DNA of 57,020 bases, taken from the NCBI GenBank assembly GCA_020724725.1, contig DYGL01000002.1, forward strand, positions 1 to 57,020. Reading direction: 5' to 3'. Under the pieces are notes generated by a model, which searched no databases, had not been told where the DNA came from, and saw only the letters and a list, made by a program, of their open reading frames with translations. The position numbers and the translations under genes were made by a program. Origin of the DNA: Candidatus Microgenomatus sp. (GTDB lineage: Bacteria; Patescibacteriota; Microgenomatia; UBA1400; PJMF01). This document shows positions 1 to 7,452 of this stretch, in pieces; position 1 is the first letter of the stretch, and each line of letters starts with the position of its first letter.

Positions 1-588
1 GACAAAAAACGCCTCCTCTACACTGCTACCGCTGCTGCCACCCTCAGCGATGATCTGATTCCTCCCGTCCCCGCCGCCAACACCCAGCCAGAGGAACGCG
101 AACTAATGATTGGCGGCATCTACATTTATGACCGCGAAGAAGACCGCAACTTCCGCCTCGCTACTGCTAGACCAGCGACTGAAGAAGATGAAGAAGAAAC
201 GGATGTGACCAAGACCTTGACCGCTGCCCTGACCCAAAAAGCTCTGCTACACTATGAACCCATCGCCAGCCTCGAAGCCTCACTGGCTGCCTTTACCCGC
301 TTGCAAGCGACCAACAGCGCCGAGACGGCGCGCAATTTCGCCAACTACTACTCCAGTTTGCACTACAACAGCTTACAATGGTTTCCCAATTCCAAACACA
401 TCCTTTTCATCAACGAAGGCAAAATTCAAATCATGGAATATGATGGCTACAATGTCACCACCGTCTACTCCGGCCCCTTTGCCAACAACTTTGTCTACCC
501 CTGGCCAGACGGCAGCAAACTCATCATTCAAACTTCCTTCAGCCCTGATTCCCCGCCCAACTTGTACGCCATTGATTTACGTAGGTGA
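1..588 (+). CDS. hypothetical protein, C-terminal fragment (gene begins upstream of window)
   Basis: Frame 1 is open from nt 1 to the TGA at 586-588; the track lists it only from the first Met at 106. Codon third positions are C-rich, and the first 60 nt are about 53% GC versus roughly 37-40% in neighbouring genes. The tail (NSKHILFINEGKIQIMEYDGYNVTTVY...WPDGSKLIIQTSF) resembles a beta-propeller blade, but I make no firm family call. Confidence 0.6.
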   Translation, partial: DKKRLLYTATAAATLSDDLIPPVPAANTQPEERELMIGGIYIYDREEDRNFRLATARPATEEDEEETDVTKTLTAALTQKALLHYEPIASLEASLAAFTRLQATNSAETARNFANYYSSLHYNSLQWFPNSKHILFINEGKIQIMEYDGYNVTTVYSGPFANNFVYPWPDGSKLIIQTSFSPDSPPNLYAIDLRR

Positions 589-593
589 TAAAA

Positions 594-667
594 CGGAGTG
601 TAGCGCAGATGGCTAGCGCGCGGTGTTCGGAACGCCGAGGTCGCAGGTTCGAGCCCTGTCACTCCGA
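594..667 (+). tRNA. tRNA-Pro (anticodon CGG)
   Basis: Hand-folded cloverleaf. Acceptor CGGAGTG/CACTCCG, D stem GCGC/GCGC, anticodon stem CGGTG/CGCCG with loop TTCGGAA (anticodon CGG). T stem GCAGG/CCTGT with a TTCGAGC loop, discriminator A. CCA is not encoded. Confidence 0.85.
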
Positions 668-854
668 CATCGGGAAGTGGTTTTGACGACATCAAAAGCA
701 ATTCCTGATATTAATACAGGGCGTCACGTGCCCGATCAAGCGAAATTCATTTGTGAAATTATTGTCTTGAGCCTGACGAGGGTAAGCCTTGTCACTCCTC
801 TTCTTCAAATTTTTAAACTAACAACTATTATATAATAGCTTGTTGAGCCAAATC

Positions 855-926
855 GCTCCCATAGTTTAACGGATAGAACGGAGGTTTCCTAAACCTTAAA
901 TCCAAGTTCGATTCTTGGTGGGGGCA
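855..926 (+). tRNA. tRNA-Arg (anticodon CCU)
   Basis: Hand-folded cloverleaf. Acceptor GCTCCCA/TGGGGGC with one G-U pair, D stem GTTT/GAAC, anticodon stem GAGGT/ACCTT with loop TTCCTAA (anticodon CCT). T stem CCAAG/CTTGG with a TTCGATT loop. Total length 72 nt. Confidence 0.85.
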
Positions 927-953
927 CATTTATTATTTGAAAACAGCAATAGA

Positions 954-1178
954 TTACTTTTCTTTTTTTGTAATACCTGCCTGAGCACCTATTGATTCTG
1001 CCGATGCAACTACCTTGAGAACTGACTCTAAAGTTTCTGGAGACAAATCTTCTACAGAAAAACCACTTTTTTTTATTATTTCTATGGCTTGCTGAATGTC
1101 TGAGCATCCAGACTTAGAAATAATACTGGCCATTTCTTGTTTGGACATTTCTTCGTTTGGCATATTTATATTAAACAA
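954..1178 (-). CDS. hypothetical small protein (74 aa), UBA/EF-Ts-N-like helical pattern
   Basis: ORF lies 2 nt downstream of the 84-aa ORF on the same strand. The segment SKSGCSDIQQAIEIIKKSGFS loosely resembles a UBA/TS-N helix pair. No family recognised. Confidence 0.4.
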   Translation of the reverse strand: MFNINMPNEEMSKQEMASIISKSGCSDIQQAIEIIKKSGFSVEDLSPETLESVLKVVASAESIGAQAGITKKEK

Positions 1179-1180
1179 TT

Positions 1181-1435
1181 CTAATAAAACTCAATATTGC
1201 TTTCTGCACTAGCAATTAATTGATCGACCTCATCCGCTGAAACATCCATGCCAACTAAAATACTTTTAGTTTCACTTGTAAAATGCTCCCAATTTGCTCT
1301 TGTCCAATAATTGCCACCAGAACCATATTCTCTACCAGGTCCCAAAGCCCCTCCAGTCAAAGACTGAGTGCGAATTGAATTCTTAAGAGTCTTAATATAT
1401 TGGTTTCTTCCTTCAGGATTGCTCAAAAAATCCAT
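1181..1435 (-). CDS. hypothetical small protein (84 aa)
   Basis: ORF only. It shares a short ASAES motif with the downstream 74-aa ORF. No family recognised. Confidence 0.4.
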   Translation of the reverse strand: MDFLSNPEGRNQYIKTLKNSIRTQSLTGGALGPGREYGSGGNYWTRANWEHFTSETKSILVGMDVSADEVDQLIASAESNIEFY

Positions 1436-1473
1436 ATTTCCCTTTTTATATTTACAAATTAATAGTCTACGAT

Positions 1474-1809
1474 TTAAAACAACCTCCCACCCACTACCGC
1501 CTTCTCATTTTCCGGCTCAAGCAAAACCACTTCCCCATTCTCATCCGGCACACCCAAGGTTAACACTTCAGACATAAAGGGACCGATCTGGCGCGGGGGA
1601 AAATTAACCACTCCCAACACTAAGCGCCCAACTAACTCCTCTTTACTATAATGGGCAGTAATCTGAGCCGAAGACCATTTCACACCGATCTCCGGCCCAA
1701 AATCTATTTCCAACTTATAAGCTCTTTTACGAGCTTCAGGAAAATCCAGCACTTTGAGTACTCGACCCACACGAATGTCTAATTTCAAAAAATCCTCAAA
1801 AGTCGCCAT
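1474..1809 (-). CDS. csaA: tRNA-binding protein CsaA (tRNA_bind/OB fold)
   Basis: The 111-aa product is collinear with my recollection of B. subtilis CsaA: FxKLDIRVG, FPEARK, IDFGxEIGxKxSSAQIT, VVNFPPRxI, SEVLxLG. Confidence 0.85.
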   Translation of the reverse strand: MATFEDFLKLDIRVGRVLKVLDFPEARKRAYKLEIDFGPEIGVKWSSAQITAHYSKEELVGRLVLGVVNFPPRQIGPFMSEVLTLGVPDENGEVVLLEPENEKAVVGGRLF

Positions 1810-1826
1810 CTTTTCCTCTAATTAAG

Positions 1827-2306
1827 TTAAAGTATTTCTTCTACTTCACCCTCAGCGTAAACTACGGCCTCAACCACGCTGTGGTAAGCAAAAATTTCAT
1901 CAGCATTAAAAACAATGCCAATTTCTCGCTCCGCATCAACATTGTTGGAAGAAGCGTGAATGAGATTCATTTGCTGACTCATACCAAAATCACCTCTGAT
2001 AGAGCCACCCTCGGCTTCTCTACCCAAAGTGGTACCAACCAGCTTGCGCACTACTGGCACCGCGTCAATACCTTCCCAAACCATTGCCACAATTGGCATC
2101 GAGGACATAAAACTCTTCAAGTTCTTGAAGAAACCCTTATCGCGATGCTCCATGTACCACTGATCGAGCATTTCCTCGGTCATACGGACCATTTTAAGAC
2201 CCACTAATTTGAGGCCTTTACGCTCAAAACGAGCGATAATTTCGCCGATCAAACCTCTTTGCAAACCGTCGGGTTTGACGAGGACGGCGGTTCTGGTCAA
2301 TTTCAT
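1827..2306 (-). CDS. ndk: nucleoside diphosphate kinase
   Basis: Has TAVLVKPDGLQRGLIGEIIARFERKGLKLVGLKM, and an active-site His context NLIHASS (canonical NxxH[GA]SD). Confidence 0.9.
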   Translation of the reverse strand: MKLTRTAVLVKPDGLQRGLIGEIIARFERKGLKLVGLKMVRMTEEMLDQWYMEHRDKGFFKNLKSFMSSMPIVAMVWEGIDAVPVVRKLVGTTLGREAEGGSIRGDFGMSQQMNLIHASSNNVDAEREIGIVFNADEIFAYHSVVEAVVYAEGEVEEIL

Positions 2307-2465
2307 AAAATTGCCTTTCTTTTTAATTTTTACTAATTTTTAAACCTATCTTAAATATATATTAATGTTCGAAAATGTATCAAATATCCCCTATTTTAGC
2401 TTTATTTCTCTGCTCAGCGCTGATTTAAATATAATTTAATATAAATTAATATATCAAAACATAAA

Positions 2466-3806
2466 TCAAGACATCGCTAAACGTAGTTTTTCAGCACTTT
2501 TAAAGTTGCCAATAATTGCCAAACGCAACTCATCTTCGCGAATTACGGCCTGTGCCACACGCTCTAAATCAGCAATTGTCACTGCGCTCAAACGCTCTAA
2601 AACAGTTTCCACAGAAAGAATTTCATCACGAAGCAATTTACGCAGTCCAAAAAATTGAGCCACGCTATTATTGCCCTCCAAACTCAGAAGAGTTTTACCA
2701 CGCAAGTATTCCTTGGCTCTTAGAAGCTCCTGTGGCTTAATTTTTGCCTTTTTACTCAGCAAGTCGGTAAAAACTGCCTTACTGACCTTAATCGCCTCTT
2801 CTGCACGGCTTAGATCAACTCCAGCACTACAACCAAAAATTCCGGTGTCATGAAAAAGATCTAAGTCTGAGTGCACGTAGTAAGCCAAGCCCAATTCCTC
2901 TCTCACCTTACTAAACAAGCGTGAACTCATGTTGCCACCCACCAAAGCAGACAAAACCTGCAAAGCATAGCGATCTTCATGATTGGCATGTAGAGCCGGC
3001 CAAGCCATGATTAAATGGGCTTGCTCAGTGGGTCGCTCGACCAATTTAAATTTCTCCAAAGAGAGGGTTTTTTGACCAATTTCAGCTGGCTGGTCAGCCA
3101 AAGCTTTTGGAAATGGGTTGCGCTGATCAAAACGGTCATCTTGCATTTTGCCCAGAGTCTGCTGAATCATCTCCAACAATTCGCCCTGACCTTTGGCCAA
3201 ATTTTGCAAATCACCAGCCACCACCAATAAAAGATTTTCTGGACCATAGAACTTCTGCAGAAATCTTTGAAAATCAGCAGTTTTGAAAGAATTAATCGTC
3301 TCTTCCCGACCAATGATGGGATGAGCCAAGGCCTGATCGGCAAAAATCATTTTTTCAAAAACATCGGCAATATGACTGGAAGGGTTGTCTTTATACATCT
3401 TGAGTTCTTCAACAATCACGCCCTTCTCGCGGTCGATGTCAGTCTGCCTTAGCTTCGGAGCAAAAAGCATATCTGAAAGCACATCCAAAGCCAAAGCAAA
3501 ATTAGCCGCCGCGCTGCGCACATAGTAACCGGTGTATTCCTTACTGGTAAAAGCATTGAAGTCTGCGCCCACGCTGTCCAAAGTTTCAGAAATATTTTTG
3601 GCCAAAGGAAAACGTTTGGTTCCTTTGAAAACCATGTGTTCAAAAAAGTGCGCTAAACCTTCTTCACTTACCTGCTCGTAACGAGAACCAGTGTTTGCCA
3701 AAAACATGGTCGTGACTGAGGGGCTAGTTTTGATGTCAATGAAAATTACAGGTAGCTTGCGTGAGCTTTTGAGGCTCAAAATTTCTTGGTAGGAGACTTG
3801 AAACAT
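2466..3806 (-). CDS. M16 family (insulinase/pitrilysin-like) zinc peptidase
   Basis: Inverted zinc motif HxxEH in HFFEHMVFKGT near the N-terminus. The 446-aa length is typical of a two-domain M16 protein. Confidence 0.85.
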   Translation of the reverse strand: MFQVSYQEILSLKSSRKLPVIFIDIKTSPSVTTMFLANTGSRYEQVSEEGLAHFFEHMVFKGTKRFPLAKNISETLDSVGADFNAFTSKEYTGYYVRSAAANFALALDVLSDMLFAPKLRQTDIDREKGVIVEELKMYKDNPSSHIADVFEKMIFADQALAHPIIGREETINSFKTADFQRFLQKFYGPENLLLVVAGDLQNLAKGQGELLEMIQQTLGKMQDDRFDQRNPFPKALADQPAEIGQKTLSLEKFKLVERPTEQAHLIMAWPALHANHEDRYALQVLSALVGGNMSSRLFSKVREELGLAYYVHSDLDLFHDTGIFGCSAGVDLSRAEEAIKVSKAVFTDLLSKKAKIKPQELLRAKEYLRGKTLLSLEGNNSVAQFFGLRKLLRDEILSVETVLERLSAVTIADLERVAQAVIREDELRLAIIGNFKSAEKLRLAMS

Positions 3807-4312
3807 GAGTTCATTTTAGCATCTGCTCAAAAAAAATCACCACTAAAAAAAGACGAAAATAAGACGAATAAAATAGAATACTTTTTTTACTCTCTGCTCA
3901 TTGTGGTTTCGTACAAAAACATGGTGTTTTATGGCAAAAATTTTGTACTCTTTTTGGCAATAAAGATCAAAACAGATGTAAAAGAGGTTTGCAATCGCTT
4001 AGAACCGAAGCTTTGTTCGGAAAATAAAAGGAGGTAGCTACTTTCACAAAAGCAAAAGCACCAAAGTCTTTGTTTTTGCAGAACATTTTCTTGTAAAAAT
4101 AATTCATTATGAATGTCTTTTTCGAACAATTTTTTTAAAAAAACCACCCTCCAAAACTACTCTTTTGAACAGCTTTTGACTCGATCTAAGTGCAGTAAAT
4201 TTATAAAAGATGCTAAAAAAGATTTGCAAAAAAACAGAAACTTTGACATACTTTAAACGTAAATTGGAAGCCAAAATCTGCCCGCTTTCTTTTACCAGTC
4301 ACTTAATTTTCT

Positions 4313-5299
4313 TTAGAAAATATTTGTTTTTTGTTCTTTAAACCAAAAATTGACTCCGTCACTGATGATCTCGATGTCGCCCAGCTGATCGGTGCGCAAT
4401 ACTTGACTAGAAATAACTTGCAAGTTGATTAAAACCTCTTGGTGAGGGTGCTCAAACTTGTTATTTAGACCACAACTAATCAGGCTAATTTCGGGTCTAC
4501 TCTTCAACAAAAAATCCAAGCTAGATGATGTTTTGGAGCCATGGTGCCCTATTTTTTGTATATCTATGTCTGCTATCAGACCTAGGTCAGTGATTGCTAC
4601 TTCTCTGGGTGACTCGAGGTCGCCAAGCAAGAGAAGTTTCAGCTGACCAAATACAGCTAAAAGAGCGATTGATCCGTTATTATCATTGATTTGACTAGCC
4701 ATTTTTTGCCAAGCTTCGTCCGATAAGTAATTTTCGGGTTTTTGCCACAAAAACAGTTCCTTTTCCTCTAAAAACAAATATTCTGCCTCTGAAAGCTCAA
4801 AAGGCGTCAAGAAACTTAAAGTTAGGTCCGGCATACTATTATAGTTAGTCTGGTTTCCAGAGGAAATTTTAGAAAAAGCAATCTGTTGGCCCAAAAACGG
4901 CTGTTTGAGCTTCGTTCCAGCCTCCTGCATGGTCAAAGCTTGTGCTTGCAACTCGAGGAAAAGTTGACTATCTTTCTTTTCTGTCAGAGATAAAAACAAG
5001 TAAGCAATCTCATAAATTTGCGTTATTTGCTGGAAACCGCCGATATGATCGGCATCAAAATGGGTTATAACCAATACATCAATCTTTTTATCCCAAAATG
5101 GCATGTGCTTGTCTAAGCAAGCAAGGACTTTTTCATCTGGACCAGTGTCAATTAGAACCTGAGTCTTGGCAAGACTCAGTAGAATTGCGTCACCTTGCCC
5201 CACATCGCACAAAACGATATGTAAATATTGGTCGGGCCATTTCACCAACAATTCCCATAACAAAAGCCCACTGATAAAAATTGGCAAAAGTATTTTCAT
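4313..5299 (-). CDS. comEC: ComEC/Rec2 C-terminal metallo-beta-lactamase domain protein (distal half of a split comEC)
   Basis: MBL motifs VGQGDAILL, HFDADHIGG and GHHGS. The start ATG overlaps the TGA stop of the upstream ORF in an ATGA. Confidence 0.8.
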   Translation of the reverse strand: MKILLPIFISGLLLWELLVKWPDQYLHIVLCDVGQGDAILLSLAKTQVLIDTGPDEKVLACLDKHMPFWDKKIDVLVITHFDADHIGGFQQITQIYEIAYLFLSLTEKKDSQLFLELQAQALTMQEAGTKLKQPFLGQQIAFSKISSGNQTNYNSMPDLTLSFLTPFELSEAEYLFLEEKELFLWQKPENYLSDEAWQKMASQINDNNGSIALLAVFGQLKLLLLGDLESPREVAITDLGLIADIDIQKIGHHGSKTSSSLDFLLKSRPEISLISCGLNNKFEHPHQEVLINLQVISSQVLRTDQLGDIEIISDGVNFWFKEQKTNIF

Positions 5300-6639
5300 C
5301 TAAAAATCCTATATTGATTTTTTGAGTATTTTTTGGCTTTTAGATGGGAAATCCAAACAATTGTCAGAAGATTTATTAGGACAAATACAATGGTATATAG
5401 CACTTTATTATCAATAAATACAAAGCTTTTCCAGGGAATTTTTTCTAAAATATCAATAATAATAAACAATATATCTGTAGTTTTGATAATCAAAAAAGAT
5501 AAAAGTCTCTCAAAAACAAACAGCTTAAAAGTCTCAAATAAAAATAGGCTGATAAATGAAGCTAAAAATGATAAGGTTAGCAGCTCTACCAGAGGAAGAA
5601 CTAAAAAATTGGCCAAAATGGCTAAATAATTAAGCTCAGCAAAGTTGAAAATTAAAATTGGTGACAAAAAAAATTGGGCACAAAAAGTTAGTAGTATACT
5701 TTTTAAAAAGTAATTTTGACTGATAATTGGCTCTTTTTCAAGATAATTATATAAAAAAACAATGCCAAAACTAGCCAAAAAAGAAAGCTGAAAACCCAAA
5801 GAACTTAAGTAAAAAGGATTGATAAATAGCATAAAAAATCCAGCTAAAAATAGATTGAAAAGCGATAAATTGGTTCTTTGAAGCACAAAAGTGGCGTAGA
5901 AGGTCGCGCTTAGAGTCAAAAAAGCCCGTGTTGTCGAAGCTGCGGGCCCCACCAGAGTAAAGTATGTAAAAATCAAGATAAAATGAAGACAAAAGTTTTG
6001 CTTTTTACTCAAGTATGGCCTCAATGGACTAAGCCAAAACAAGACAAATTGCAAAATTAAAGTGAAATTGGCAGAAGAAGCTGATAAAATATGAAGTATC
6101 CCAATAACTCTAAAAGAGTGATATGTCTCTCGATCAATGCCAGATATGTCACCAAAGAGCAAACCTTCGGCTAGAGGTCTACCTCGAGGACCAATTAGCC
6201 CTTCAAGTCTCTCGAGGAAAAGATCGCGCATTTTGGAGAGTGAATTTTGACTAGACAAATAACGATCTTTAACCGAATCTAAGCTGTATTCAAAAAAGCA
6301 AATAGATCTATCAATCAAGCTTTTTGACCACAAAATACCCTTATCAGTCATCGAACTTTGATTGCTAAATGATTTACTCTGTTTATCTTTGATATATTGC
6401 CCCAAATGGGCATCTAAACCCCCACTACTAGGCTTTAAACAAGCAAATTTAGCAGTTAGTTTCGGATTTGCTTCGTTTTCTGCTCTTTTGACCAGTAAAA
6501 ATAAATCTTGAGGCTTTTTTTGAGCTAGTTCAGTTATATTTCGGGTCTTAAATATTAAATGAAAATTTTTATTGAATATAAATAATGCTATAGATATCAA
6601 TATATAAATTTGTATTTTTCTAAAATTACTATAAGTCAT
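5296..6639 (-). CDS. comEC: ComEC/Rec2 membrane 'Competence' domain protein (proximal half of a split comEC)
   Basis: Polytopic membrane protein with the Competence-domain signature LAEGLLFGDISGIDRETYHSFRVIGILHILSASSANF. Confidence 0.75.
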   Translation of the reverse strand: MTYSNFRKIQIYILISIALFIFNKNFHLIFKTRNITELAQKKPQDLFLLVKRAENEANPKLTAKFACLKPSSGGLDAHLGQYIKDKQSKSFSNQSSMTDKGILWSKSLIDRSICFFEYSLDSVKDRYLSSQNSLSKMRDLFLERLEGLIGPRGRPLAEGLLFGDISGIDRETYHSFRVIGILHILSASSANFTLILQFVLFWLSPLRPYLSKKQNFCLHFILIFTYFTLVGPAASTTRAFLTLSATFYATFVLQRTNLSLFNLFLAGFFMLFINPFYLSSLGFQLSFLASFGIVFLYNYLEKEPIISQNYFLKSILLTFCAQFFLSPILIFNFAELNYLAILANFLVLPLVELLTLSFLASFISLFLFETFKLFVFERLLSFLIIKTTDILFIIIDILEKIPWKSFVFIDNKVLYTIVFVLINLLTIVWISHLKAKKYSKNQYRIFR

Positions 6640-6787
6640 ACTGTCTTTTGATACGAAAGTAAGTAGTCACCCACCCTGAGCCAGCAAAATCAGTAAAAAT
6701 CATTCCCAACTCATTTTTAGAGCCATTTTTGGCAGTCAAAATTGACTTTTGCTAAGCACTTTTTAGCCAAGCTAAAGGCCTATAATT

Positions 6788-7396
6788 TCACAAAGTCATT
6801 TGTGCCCGCAAATCACTAAGTAAATTTTCGGAAATGACTTTTTTACTCACCAAGTCCTCCAAAGAACTATAAGGTCTATTACTAATTATTCCCTGCGCCT
6901 TAGCGTCACCGATTCCTGGCAAAGTTTTGAGCTGATTGAGATCAGCCTGATTGATAGAAACCAGATTAGTGTTAGTTGCTGAAGATTCAGCTTGATCGCT
7001 AGTTGCAACTGTTGAATTCTCTTCACCAAGAAAAGGAATATAAACTTTATCCTGATCTTTCAGTTCGGTGGCAAGATTGAGAGTTTTGGCCACATAAAAC
7101 TGGTCAGCATCTTCCAAAAAACCACCAGCTAGAGACAAAAGATCAGCGACTCGCTGACCAATGGTCAAACGGTAAACGCCGGGTTTTTTAACTGCCCCCT
7201 GAATATCAACCCTGATCAGACCAAGACCATCTGCCCCTTTCTCTGCAAAAGCCAAAGCTTCGCAAGAAGGACAAAAACATTCAAGAGTATTGGTGCTAGA
7301 AAATAATTTATTGAGGGCAATAATTGCCAGGAAAGCGCCAAAAATAGCTAGTGAAATCGGTAAGAAAAAACTCAAAAAAGATAAAAACTTACTCAT
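6788..7396 (-). CDS. comEA: ComEA-like DNA receptor (TM anchor, SLBB domain, helix-hairpin-helix)
   Basis: N-terminal TM helix, SLBB-like segment GAVKKPGVYRL, and C-terminal HhH segment LNQLKTLPGIGDAKAQGIISNRPYSSLEDL. Confidence 0.8.
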   Translation of the reverse strand: MSKFLSFLSFFLPISLAIFGAFLAIIALNKLFSSTNTLECFCPSCEALAFAEKGADGLGLIRVDIQGAVKKPGVYRLTIGQRVADLLSLAGGFLEDADQFYVAKTLNLATELKDQDKVYIPFLGEENSTVATSDQAESSATNTNLVSINQADLNQLKTLPGIGDAKAQGIISNRPYSSLEDLVSKKVISENLLSDLRAQMTL

Positions 7397-7452
7397 GCGA
7401 CTGATTATCCAATCAGTCGGCTACAAAAAGCGTGACTAGAAACAAACTGAAG

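Noticed and set aside
254-616. 120-aa ORF overlapping the first gene fragment and running into tRNA-Pro.
   Set aside because: It is the alternate frame of a C-rich coding region, has a Pro/Thr/Ala-biased composition, and overlaps a well-folded tRNA. The frame-1 ORF is open from the window edge and is the better call.
3807-4312. The 506-bp AT-rich spacer between the M16 peptidase and comEC genes, with an AAGGAGG at 4028-4034 and small inverted repeats, as a hidden gene or ncRNA.
   Set aside because: No start codon sits at a usable distance from the SD-like site. Only short low-complexity ORFs are present, and the inverted repeats are short and A/T-only, as expected by chance in this composition.
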